Assembly: GCA_017616785.1 (NCBI GenBank)
Contig: JAFZXK010000009.1
Location: 1,612 to 65,611 of the forward strand
DNA: 64,000 nucleotides
Origin: Alphaproteobacteria bacterium
GTDB taxonomy: Bacteria > Pseudomonadota > Alphaproteobacteria > Rs-D84
Direction of reading: 5' to 3'
Position 1 is the stretch's first letter; every line of letters begins with the position of its first letter. The notes below the pieces were generated by a model. It searched no databases. It was not told where the DNA came from and saw only the letters and a program-made list of their open reading frames with translations. Below are positions 13,291-21,806 of this stretch, piece after piece. The position numbers were made by a program, and so were the translations under genes.

Positions 13291-14097
13291 ATTATCCAGT
13301 GCCTTTAATAAAGTATCTTTCAAATCGTTTGGCATCATGCCGGTGGTGGAATATCCACAATCTACATGGTGGATTTCACCCGTAACACCCGACGACAGGT
13401 CGGACAGCAAATACAATGCCGCGCCCGACACATCGTCCAATGTCATATTACGGCGCAATGGCGTTTGCCACGCGTTCAGGCGCAACAATGACTTCATCCC
13501 ACCAACACCACTGGATGCAAGGGTTAAAATCGGTCCGGCACTAATCGCGTTGATACGAATTTTATCGCCCCCAAGGTCGGCCGCCAAATACCGCACCGAT
13601 GAATCCAGTGCGGACTTTGCAACACCCATAACGTTATAATTCGGTACGGACTTTTCGCCACCAAAGTATGTCAGTGTTACAATTGACCCGCCATTTGTCA
13701 TCAGTTTCGATGCACGACGCGTTAAATCAACAAGCGAATAAACGGAAATATCCATTGTGTTTTTGAAATTTTCGCGCGTTGTATCGACATAGCGCCCCAT
13801 CAATTCGTTTTTATCGGAAAACGCAATCGCGTGCAACATACCGTCAATGTGCCCCCATTCGCGTTCAATATTTGCGAACAAAGAATCCATTTGTTCATCG
13901 TTTTGCACATTGCATTCTTGGACAAATTTTGCGCCGATTGATTCAGCCAAAGGCCGCACACGCTTTTCCAACGCCGGCATAGCATACGGCATTGCGATTT
14001 CCGCACCGTTTTCATGTGCGCGACGCGCGATTGCCCACGCCATAGACCAATCGTTCGCGACACCGGTGATAAGAATTTTTTTACCTTTTAATAACAT
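13285..14097 (-). CDS. fabI: enoyl-ACP reductase FabI
   Basis: MLLKGKKILITGVAN..., with SDR Y/K motifs. The start at 14097 is chosen over the long ORF extension to 14247. Confidence 0.9.
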   Translation of the reverse strand: MLLKGKKILITGVANDWSMAWAIARRAHENGAEIAMPYAMPALEKRVRPLAESIGAKFVQECNVQNDEQMDSLFANIEREWGHIDGMLHAIAFSDKNELMGRYVDTTRENFKNTMDISVYSLVDLTRRASKLMTNGGSIVTLTYFGGEKSVPNYNVMGVAKSALDSSVRYLAADLGGDKIRINAISAGPILTLASSGVGGMKSLLRLNAWQTPLRRNMTLDDVSGAALYLLSDLSSGVTGEIHHVDCGYSTTGMMPNDLKDTLLKALDNQ

Positions 14098-14153
14098 ATC
14101 TTTTTCCTTTTGTTGTTTACGTGGCGGATTGTAGCACCATCGCACGCAATAGG

Positions 14154-14197
14154 CAACAGAAAAGTGGATAGTGTTAGTGGGTAGTGTTAGTGAATAG
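14154..14197 (+). repeat. TTAGTG hexamer/heptamer array (family member R1)
   Basis: CAACAGAAAAGTGGATAGTGTTAGTGGGTAGTGTTAGTGAATAGC. The first 26 nt are identical to 14706-14731. Confidence 0.8.
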
Positions 14198-14220
14198 CAA
14201 AACGGCGCATTGCGCCGTTT
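14197..14220 (-). terminator. rho-independent terminator after rpsU
   Basis: Hairpin AACGGCGCA/TGCGCCGTT followed by TTTTG on the minus strand. Confidence 0.55.
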
Positions 14221-14246
14221 CACTAACAACTTACACAAAACCAACA

Positions 14247-14453
14247 TTAGAATCCAAAGACCATACGTTGTTTCGATTGACGTTTCTTTTCGTTACGAAC
14301 GGCCTCTTCTTTCAGACGTTTGCGCTTTGTTGTCGGCTTTTCATAACGTTGACGTTCCTTCATTTCGCGATACAGTCCCTCTTTTTGCGATTTGCGTTTT
14401 GCAACACGCAATGCCTGTTCGACGTTGTTATCACGAACCAAAACTTTTACCAT
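14247..14453 (-). CDS. rpsU: 30S ribosomal protein S21
   Basis: 68 aa: [40 protein letters not shown]... Confidence 0.95.
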   Translation of the reverse strand: MVKVLVRDNNVEQALRVAKRKSQKEGLYREMKERQRYEKPTTKRKRLKEEAVRNEKKRQSKQRMVFGF

Positions 14454-14586
14454 AAACTATTCACCCCCTTTGGCGATGTTCGATGTTTATTATCTGGAAT
14501 AATGCCCGTCTTCGTTTGCGTTGCAAACTCCGGCGAGACACTCAATTTTCTTAATCGTGCGCTTTGCGCGCAATAACGAAAATTGG

Positions 14587-14663
14587 TGGTGGAGCTGATG
14601 GGACTCAAACCCACGACCTCCTGAATGCAAATCAGGCGCTCTAATCAACTGAGCTACAACCCC
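14587..14663 (-). tRNA. tRNA-Ala (TGC)
   Basis: GGGGTTGTAGCTCAG...; anticodon loop TTTGCAT; G3:U70 identity pair; CCA encoded. Confidence 0.95.
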
Positions 14664-14705
14664 AAAACTTAGCCCGCATATTTTATGCACTTTTATAGCA
14701 AAAGT

Positions 14706-14747
14706 CAACAGAAAAGTGGATAGTGTTAGTGCAGGTGGTTAGTGACC
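14706..14747 (+). repeat. TTAGTG hexamer/heptamer array (R2)
   Basis: CAACAGAAAAGTGGATAGTGTTAGTGCAGGTGGTTAGTGACC. Confidence 0.8.
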
Positions 14748-14955
14748 GTGTTCGTTGTTACATAATCAATGTTTTTTTGGCACAAAATAAAAATTTCTTT
14801 ACATTTATAAAAATACCGTGCATAATGGCAAAGAAGTGCGTACGATTTGCAAAAAATCTTTATTGTGATGGTGCGACCATAAATGAATTTACGGGCGCAC
14901 CTTTCGCGGTGCCCCGTTCTTTTTAACCAAAAAGGAAAAGTTAGAGGCGTCTAAA

Positions 14956-16548
14956 ATGTCAACAAACAACATAGATTACAGTCAAGTGAACACGTGGCCA
15001 TTTCAAGAGGCGCGCAAAATTTTGGAACACATTGGTAACAAGGTTCCAGAAAAGGGCTATGTTTTATTTGAAACAGGGTATGGTCCATCTGGGTTGCCAC
15101 ATATCGGAACTTTTGGTGAAGTTGCACGTACAAGTATGGTTCGTTGGGCTTTTTCAAAAATATCTGATATCCCTACGCGGTTAATTGCTTTTTCCGACGA
15201 TATGGACGGATTACGCAAAGTTCCATCCAATATTCCAAACCAACATGAAACTGAAAATTATATTGGATGCCCACTAACAAGTGTTCCCGATCCTTTTGGA
15301 AAATATAAAAGTTTTGCAGATCACAATAATGCCATGTTATGTGAATTTTTGGATCGATACGGTTTTGAGTATGAATTCAGAAGCTCCACAGAAATGTATA
15401 AATCTGGGGCGTTCAATGATGCTTTGAAAAAAGTGTTAAAAAATTATGATAAAATTATGGAAATTATGTTGCCATCACTGCGCGAAGAAAGACAAAAAAC
15501 ATACAGTCCTATTATGCCGATTTCCCCGTCAACTGGCCATGTATTACAGGTTCCTGTATCGGTGATAGATGCAGATGCCGGAATTATCGCTTTTGAAGAT
15601 GAAGACGGAACACATGTTGAACAATCTGTATTAAATGGTATGGCGAAATTACAATGGAAGGCCGATTGGGCTATGCGGTGGCTAGCATTGGATGTTGATT
15701 ATGAAATGTGCGGTATGGATTTGACCGATTCATACAAATTGTCTGGACAAATTGTAAAGGTTCTTGGTGGACATATACCAGACAACCTTATATACCAATT
15801 ATTCGTTGATGAGCAGGGGCAAAAGATTTCCAAGACCAAAGGTAATGGTATTAGTATTGAGCAATGGTTGACCTATGCTAATCCCGAAAGTTTAGCATTG
15901 TTTATGTACACAAAACCCACAACCAGTAAACGGTTATATTTTGACGTTATTCCGCGCAATGTTGATGAATATTATCAATATTTGAATGCCTATGATAAAC
16001 AAGATGACCTAGCAAAGATGTCTAATCCAGTGGTTTATATACATCGCGATAAAGGCGTGCCAAGTGGTCGTATGCCAATATCTTATAACTTGTTGTTGAA
16101 TTTAGCCAGTGCCGCGAACACGGAACGTTTACAAGATATGTGGGGATATATAACCGCATATAATCCGAATTTTAGTCCAGAAAAAAATCCGGATTTAAAT
16201 CTGATGGCAAAATGTGCGGTGCAATACTATCATGATTTTGTTAAACCAAACAAACATTATCGTTTGCCAACAGATCAGGAAAAGATAGTTTTGAAAGATT
16301 TATCAGATGGTTTAACGCAATTCATCGGTAAAACAGGCATAGAAAAAGATATGGAAACGTATTGCTATGATATCGGGAAAAAGTACTATGGCACCGAAAA
16401 ATTGCGCGATTTCTTTGGAATGTTTTACAATGTGTTGTTGGGACAAGAAACAGGCCCCAGATTGCCAAATTTCATAATGATTTATGGCATAGGTAAAACC
16501 CAAGAAATGATAAATAAAGTTTTGAATTCAAATGTATCAACCGAATAA
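14956..16548 (+). CDS. lysS: lysyl-tRNA synthetase, class I
   Basis: 530 aa with HIGH-type motif (PHIGTFGE) and KMSKS-type motif (KISKTKGNG). The length and architecture are those of class I LysRS, not class II. Confidence 0.9.
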   Translation: MSTNNIDYSQVNTWPFQEARKILEHIGNKVPEKGYVLFETGYGPSGLPHIGTFGEVARTSMVRWAFSKISDIPTRLIAFSDDMDGLRKVPSNIPNQHETENYIGCPLTSVPDPFGKYKSFADHNNAMLCEFLDRYGFEYEFRSSTEMYKSGAFNDALKKVLKNYDKIMEIMLPSLREERQKTYSPIMPISPSTGHVLQVPVSVIDADAGIIAFEDEDGTHVEQSVLNGMAKLQWKADWAMRWLALDVDYEMCGMDLTDSYKLSGQIVKVLGGHIPDNLIYQLFVDEQGQKISKTKGNGISIEQWLTYANPESLALFMYTKPTTSKRLYFDVIPRNVDEYYQYLNAYDKQDDLAKMSNPVVYIHRDKGVPSGRMPISYNLLLNLASAANTERLQDMWGYITAYNPNFSPEKNPDLNLMAKCAVQYYHDFVKPNKHYRLPTDQEKIVLKDLSDGLTQFIGKTGIEKDMETYCYDIGKKYYGTEKLRDFFGMFYNVLLGQETGPRLPNFIMIYGIGKTQEMINKVLNSNVSTE

Positions 16549-16596
16549 AAAAGGAATAGATAATTTTATTCCCGATTATGAAATAACGGTGAAAGT

Positions 16597-17997
16597 ATGG
16601 TAAAGAACCCCGTCCCAGATGTTGATATTTTGACCGCCGACCATGATCGGCACAATATTGAATTTATCACAAAGTCATGTAACGATGGTCGAATAAACGA
16701 TGAAACGGCGGACTATATGCGACGGCTATATTCTGATGGTATGGCGTGTTATCGCGATGTGTTTCATGTTTTGGGTAAATGCTTTGGCTCGCCGAAAACG
16801 GCCGTTACGGAATATGACCCAGCAACAGATTTATCGGTCAACAAACCGATAAAAATTGTTGATATAAATCCGCTTTGTTCATATCTGGTCAATCATCGTT
16901 TGGATGCGGACCCGATGCGGAATCAGTTTTTTACTTGTCGCGCATCGCATAAAATTGATTTGTCGGTGTCGTCGATTGTTACCGTTATTGTTGCCGCCCA
17001 GAAAAATGTTGAACGCGCAATCGAAAAGGTAACGGGTAAATACTATAAGTTCTTTGTTGATGATATTGTGTCGGCGGTAAAAGGTGTGTTTACCGAAATG
17101 GGTAATAATACCGGTATCAAAAAAATCGAAGAAAAAATTCGTAAAAGATTTTCGACGAAATATGTAACCAACGCCGCCGAAGAAGTTTTATCGATACTTG
17201 GGCAAAGCGAAGATGAACTTGTTGTGAAATTGGTGCGCGCACTTGATAAAATCAAAAAACCATATTTGCACCTAAACGATGTATGGCGTGTTAAATGTTT
17301 ATTCGATTTAATCCCCCAGGCGCGAACTTTTATCGAACGGCTGCGTGATGTTATGCCAGAACGTATTATATCGGTCCGCGATAAATTCTATGACATTACG
17401 AATCCGCGCAACTATCGTGATTCCAAGGTGATTTTGAACATCGGTACGCCGGACAAGATTATCCCAATGGAAATTATATGCCAGGTTCGAACTTTTTTTG
17501 AATTTGAACGCAAAACACATGATTACTATGCCGCGTTGCGCGAAAATCCAAATATGAAAAACGCAAAAATTGAAAGCGAAGCCGCCGAACTTATGGAAAG
17601 CGGCATTGAACAATATAATAAAATGATATGTCAATGTTTGGACGACTTGCTTGAACGCGTTGGTTGGAATATTCTTTACAGTCGTGGCAATGATGTTTCA
17701 TTATTCGAAGGTTTCCCGCGCGAATGCAAACTTTATTACCCACACGAAATTGTTGAAAAAATTATGAACAAATTGGATGCCGCGGTTAAAAATGAAATCT
17801 TTGTTGTGAACAATTCTTCATCAAAGTTGGATAAAACACAAGAAATCGCGATATTCCGTTTTATGGCGCGGTTTGTTTTGGTTTCCGCGATGCCGTATAA
17901 TCGTGCCGGGTATCGTGTGTCGGGCGATACACTTGCGGTGCGACTCTTTAACTTTGTGATGAACGAGGTTTCACGTTATTACAGTCCAAAGGCGTAA
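16597..17997 (+). CDS. hypothetical protein with a central divergent RelA/SpoT-like (small alarmone synthetase-like) nucleotidyltransferase core
   Basis: NDVWRVKCLF-(27 aa)-VRDKFYDITNPRNYRDSKVILNI-(8 aa)-PMEIICQVRTFFEFERKTHDYY matches, in order and spacing, the DxxGxR / KDYIxxPKxxGY / EIQIRT...H..Y blocks. The match was made by eye only. Confidence 0.45.
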   Translation: MVKNPVPDVDILTADHDRHNIEFITKSCNDGRINDETADYMRRLYSDGMACYRDVFHVLGKCFGSPKTAVTEYDPATDLSVNKPIKIVDINPLCSYLVNHRLDADPMRNQFFTCRASHKIDLSVSSIVTVIVAAQKNVERAIEKVTGKYYKFFVDDIVSAVKGVFTEMGNNTGIKKIEEKIRKRFSTKYVTNAAEEVLSILGQSEDELVVKLVRALDKIKKPYLHLNDVWRVKCLFDLIPQARTFIERLRDVMPERIISVRDKFYDITNPRNYRDSKVILNIGTPDKIIPMEIICQVRTFFEFERKTHDYYAALRENPNMKNAKIESEAAELMESGIEQYNKMICQCLDDLLERVGWNILYSRGNDVSLFEGFPRECKLYYPHEIVEKIMNKLDAAVKNEIFVVNNSSSKLDKTQEIAIFRFMARFVLVSAMPYNRAGYRVSGDTLAVRLFNFVMNEVSRYYSPKA

Positions 17998-18127
17998 TTA
18001 TATGCGGGGACAAATGTCCTTTTTGGCATATGCGTTATTTTCTTGATTTTACTTTTTCGTTATGACAAAATCAAAATAGATTTAATCGAACGATTGAATC
18101 ATAAACAAGGTAGTAAAGGAAAAAAAG

Positions 18128-18460
18128 ATGCGCCAAGGTAAAGTAAAATGGTATAATGGCAAAAAGTGTTATGGCTTTATTGCGCCGGATACACCGAATG
18201 CGGATGGTAACACGGATGATGTATTCGTTCATTCAAGTTCATTGAAAAATGCGGATTTGCGATATCTAAACGAAGGGGATATTGTTGAATTTGACGAAGA
18301 AGTTCGTAATGGCAAATTGTCGGTCACGACGTTGAAACTTGTTCAACGCGATGAGGAATCCGCCAAAAGGTTTCAGGAACGTCGCGCCGAAAGGCGGCGT
18401 GCACGCGAAGAAAGCAAAAAAGAAGAAAAACATTCTGGGTTTGCTTTCTGGAAGAAATAA
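18128..18460 (+). CDS. cold-shock domain protein with basic C-terminal tail
   Basis: GKVKWYNGKKCYGFI (RNP1-like) and VFVHSS (RNP2-like), then a Lys/Arg/Glu-rich extension. Confidence 0.85.
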   Translation: MRQGKVKWYNGKKCYGFIAPDTPNADGNTDDVFVHSSSLKNADLRYLNEGDIVEFDEEVRNGKLSVTTLKLVQRDEESAKRFQERRAERRRAREESKKEEKHSGFAFWKK

Positions 18461-18465
18461 AAAAA

Positions 18466-18488
18466 TTCCCGCAACCGCGGGAATTTTT
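18466..18488 (+). terminator. rho-independent terminator after csp gene
   Basis: Hairpin TTCCCGC-AACC-GCGGGAA followed by TTTTT. Confidence 0.75.
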
Positions 18489-18590
18489 AGTGTCAGTGTT
18501 AGTGATTAGTGCAAGTAGTTTCTGGAATCAATCATCAATTATAAGATAATTCCAGTACATTACTAATCACTTTCCACTTACACTAAGCAC
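18487..18590. repeat. inverted pair of TTAGTG arrays around a small internal palindrome (R3)
   Basis: Left arm TTAGTGTCAGTGTTAGTGATTAGTGCAAGTAG. The right arm is the reverse-complement type, TACTAATCACTTTCCACTTACACTAAGCAC. An internal CTGGAAT...ATTCCAG palindrome lies between them. Confidence 0.7.
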
Positions 18591-18652
18591 TTTTATTTTG
18601 CTTTTGATATATTATTTGTGTAAAATTAGAATAACCAATAAAGGAGTTTTCT

Positions 18653-19204
18653 ATGTGGACGGCGATCGGTATTGTTGCGGTTTTAATTTTATATTTTATT
18701 GCGGTTTATAATGGTCTAATTGCCCGCCGAAATCAGGTTCGCGAAGCATGGGCGACGATTGATACCCAACTTAAACGGCGTTACGATTTAATTCCAAATT
18801 TGGTTGAAACGGTGCGCGGCGCGGCGGCACATGAAAAAGATACTTTGTCGGCGGTGATTGCGGCGCGCAATACGGCAATGTCCGCACGCGGTGTTGATGA
18901 TAAATCGAACGCGGAAATGGGTTTGTCGGGCGCGCTGAATAAATTGTTCGCATTGGGCGAAGCGTATCCGACACTGCGTGCAAACGAAAATTTTCTTGAA
19001 TTGCAACACGAATTGACCGATACGGAAACGAAAATTCAATCTGCGCGTCAATTTTATAATACTGTGGTCATGGGATTGAATACGCAAATAGGCCAATTCC
19101 CGACGAATATTGTTGCGCGTATGTTTGGAATCACACCCGAAAAATTATTTGAAATTGATGAAGCCGAACGTGCAAATCCGCGCGTTAGTTTCAAACAGGT
19201 GTAA
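18653..19204 (+). CDS. LemA family membrane protein
   Basis: N-terminal TM helix plus LIARRNQVREAWATIDTQLKRRYDLIPNLVE, a LemA signature. Confidence 0.85.
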   Translation: MWTAIGIVAVLILYFIAVYNGLIARRNQVREAWATIDTQLKRRYDLIPNLVETVRGAAAHEKDTLSAVIAARNTAMSARGVDDKSNAEMGLSGALNKLFALGEAYPTLRANENFLELQHELTDTETKIQSARQFYNTVVMGLNTQIGQFPTNIVARMFGITPEKLFEIDEAERANPRVSFKQV

Positions 19205-19206
19205 AT

Positions 19207-20193
19207 ATGCAAATGATAGGGCGATTTGATGCACGCAAAATCTTGCGCAATGTGGGCATGCCGGAAAATTTGTCGGATGCGATTGCGTTGAACTATGTCG
19301 TTCCCGAAAATGTTATAAATTATGCAGTGAAACTCTGGACACACGGTATGCGTGGAGAACAAATTATAACGCTTCTTGAAAATTCAACCGGAACGACGGA
19401 AATATTGGATGTACGCAAATTCTTTCGGGAACTTGGTCCGTTGGCAATGCGCTTTGGCTTTACACCTGGGCAAATCGAAAATGATATTGGTGAATTTGAT
19501 AAAGATATGAATGAATATGCATGCGAATTGATTGGACCACGTAAGCTGCATGATATTTGCCAAAGTCCGTTTATGTTGTTTGAAAACACTGATCAAATGG
19601 TTGATATGTGCGCGGCGGGGCATGGCAAATATTATCGCGCAGGCGTGGAATTTATTGAATGGGCAAAGCGCGGATACGAATCAAATGAAAAAATAACGGC
19701 AATATTGAATCGCTGCATTGATTCAGATGGTATCAACATTAAACGGTTATTGCGGATGACCACCAAGGGGACGGGAAATACGGTTTCACGTACAGACGGC
19801 AACCAAATAAAGCCACACATACGCATGAGTAATATAAATTATGCGCGCGATGTGTATTATTTCTTTTATGAAAATGCGGGGTATATTCGTAAAATTGCGC
19901 GGCAATATACCGATATTGATTTTATATCGGCGTTTTATAATCTTTGTGTCAATTGGCCGGCTTGGTCATGGCCGATTGTATCGGATACAATTAGAATTCC
20001 TGATTATAAGGCGACTTCGCGCGACGGGATAGAAATTGTTATGGGGGCGATTACATCCAGATTGCCAATTGATGCACGGCAAATGATTGTGAATATTGCA
20101 ACACACGCTTTCACAGAAATTGTTCCCGCCGCCGGATATGAATATTCATGGGAACAACTTACACGCAGAATGGACCCAAAACAGCAACGGTAA
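19207..20193 (+). CDS. hypothetical protein (translationally coupled to the LemA gene)
   Basis: 328-aa ORF starting 3 nt after the LemA stop. No recognised motif. Confidence 0.55.
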   Translation: MQMIGRFDARKILRNVGMPENLSDAIALNYVVPENVINYAVKLWTHGMRGEQIITLLENSTGTTEILDVRKFFRELGPLAMRFGFTPGQIENDIGEFDKDMNEYACELIGPRKLHDICQSPFMLFENTDQMVDMCAAGHGKYYRAGVEFIEWAKRGYESNEKITAILNRCIDSDGINIKRLLRMTTKGTGNTVSRTDGNQIKPHIRMSNINYARDVYYFFYENAGYIRKIARQYTDIDFISAFYNLCVNWPAWSWPIVSDTIRIPDYKATSRDGIEIVMGAITSRLPIDARQMIVNIATHAFTEIVPAAGYEYSWEQLTRRMDPKQQR

Positions 20194-20238
20194 AAAATAT
20201 GCCGCCCAATCGGACGGCTTATTTTTCAGATATTCTTT

Positions 20239-20643
20239 TTAATCATCGTCACGTTCACGGTGTTCGCGCATTTTTTTATGCATTGACTTTTTCACCGAAT
20301 CAAATTCAATACTTGTAATACAGCCATTCATATCAGTATCGGCAAACATCAATTCATGTTGCATTTTTGGACATTTTATCGAATCCATAACCAGGCAACC
20401 GTTTTCGAATTTCGGCTGTATCCTTGGCATATGGCGATGACCGCGGCAACATGTGATTTTCGCAACCGCAAAGCCCAAGATGAACACAATCAACAACACA
20501 ATAAACTTTTTGAATTTTCCGCAGTGGCAACCGCACCCACATGAAGTGCCGCATTGACATTCGTGCATTTCCGGTGCCCGAACGGTCGCCATGTGTGGCG
20601 CCGCGCGTTTTGTAGTTTTTTTAACAGATGATTTTTTTTGCAT
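20239..20643 (-). CDS. Cys-rich single-pass membrane protein with an EF-hand-like loop
   Basis: CQCGTSCGCGCHCG cluster, a TM helix, and DTDMNGCITSIEF (DxDxNGxIxxxEF). Confidence 0.5.
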   Translation of the reverse strand: MQKKSSVKKTTKRAAPHMATVRAPEMHECQCGTSCGCGCHCGKFKKFIVLLIVFILGFAVAKITCCRGHRHMPRIQPKFENGCLVMDSIKCPKMQHELMFADTDMNGCITSIEFDSVKKSMHKKMREHRERDDD

Positions 20644-20751
20644 TTTCCTTCCTTTTTGTTTTGCGATTTTATTGTATAGAAATTAAATTTTGATGTCCAG
20701 TAATTTTTATATTTATTATTGACTAGTTTTGCGAAATATAGAGATTGTTGT

Positions 20752-21780
20752 TTATATCGCTGGCCCGGCGGTAAAGTCATCACCACTGGTCGCGGCGTTC
20801 GTAAATAACGTGCCAGACACCGTATCATACATACCAAGGACATTATCAGAAATTCGTTTGCAAGGGATTAAATCTTGTATTATTACACCATCTTTTTCTA
20901 CAGTATGATGGTAAATTTTACCACTTGCTTCGTTTCCTGCTGTGCCACTATTATTACGCGCAAATAAGTAAATCGAGAGGGTATTCGCTGTAAATGTTTC
21001 AGGAGATGGTATCGTCATATTTCTCACTACTGTTCCGTCTATTGTCGCCTTCCAATTATTAGAGTTGTTAGTAGTATAAACTTTGCTAACAAATGTATGT
21101 TTATTTGTATCTTGCGGGACATCAGAAACAACTGTGGCATTAACACTAAACAAATATTGCGATGCATACGACGCTAATGTCCAACGTGGTAATGTACCAG
21201 AACCCATATAACCACATATACATAAAGGTGTTGAAGTTGAATTAACGCTATCAAAACTCGCTACTGTGGTTATTGTATAATCAAATGTTTTAGGTACAAT
21301 CCCCGTATCAATATACTGTGTCCCCGTGGATTGTATGTATTCCAACCGTGTATATCCATCGGGTAATTCACGGGCATACGCCGTTTGGTCGACGATGGTC
21401 CAAAGGTCACATATGCCCGGGTTTGCACATTCCAATTTTGTTGTGTCCGTCGTTGGTAAATTTGTAAATGTGGCGTTTAAGGCCGACGCAGTGATAAGTT
21501 TATCGCCATCCATGGCTGCATTATAACTACTCGCATCACTATACAACCCGCGTTCACCAATTTCGCCATTACCATTCGCGGTATAGGTCATTACTGTTTC
21601 ACCCGCACCACCGTTTGTTTGACCCGCCGCAGGTATCTTTAATTGTTTTGTCGCAACCTGTGTATCAACATATGCCTTGGATGATACGGTTTGAAGGTCC
21701 TCTGGCGTTGGTTCCGCAAACACACCAATAATCGTCATGAACGTACACAATACTGATGTCAATAATACCTTTTTTAGCAT
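20752..21780 (-). CDS. secreted modular protein A2 (shared N-module + variable C-terminal domain)
   Basis: Signal peptide. The N-module ...VSSKAYVDT..KIPAAGQTNGG..GERGLY..DKLITASAL..LPTTDTTKLECAN is shared with three other ORFs. C-terminal blocks YTRLEYIQSTGTQYIDTG...GMYDTVSGTLF...FTAGPAI. Confidence 0.7.
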   Translation of the reverse strand: MLKKVLLTSVLCTFMTIIGVFAEPTPEDLQTVSSKAYVDTQVATKQLKIPAAGQTNGGAGETVMTYTANGNGEIGERGLYSDASSYNAAMDGDKLITASALNATFTNLPTTDTTKLECANPGICDLWTIVDQTAYARELPDGYTRLEYIQSTGTQYIDTGIVPKTFDYTITTVASFDSVNSTSTPLCICGYMGSGTLPRWTLASYASQYLFSVNATVVSDVPQDTNKHTFVSKVYTTNNSNNWKATIDGTVVRNMTIPSPETFTANTLSIYLFARNNSGTAGNEASGKIYHHTVEKDGVIIQDLIPCKRISDNVLGMYDTVSGTLFTNAATSGDDFTAGPAI

Positions 21781-21806
21781 ATTATCTTTCCCCCCGTTTA
21801 CGGTTT

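Noticed and set aside
13285-14247. The full 320-aa ORF as the fabI gene, and similar long N-terminal extensions of the mscL (1724), aroK (1213), tgt (28663), htpX (36308) and DUF378 (8659) ORFs.
   Set aside because: In each case the extension lacks similarity to the family N-terminus. It also overlaps upstream repeats, terminators or genes, and an internal ATG with a plausible RBS matches the canonical protein start.
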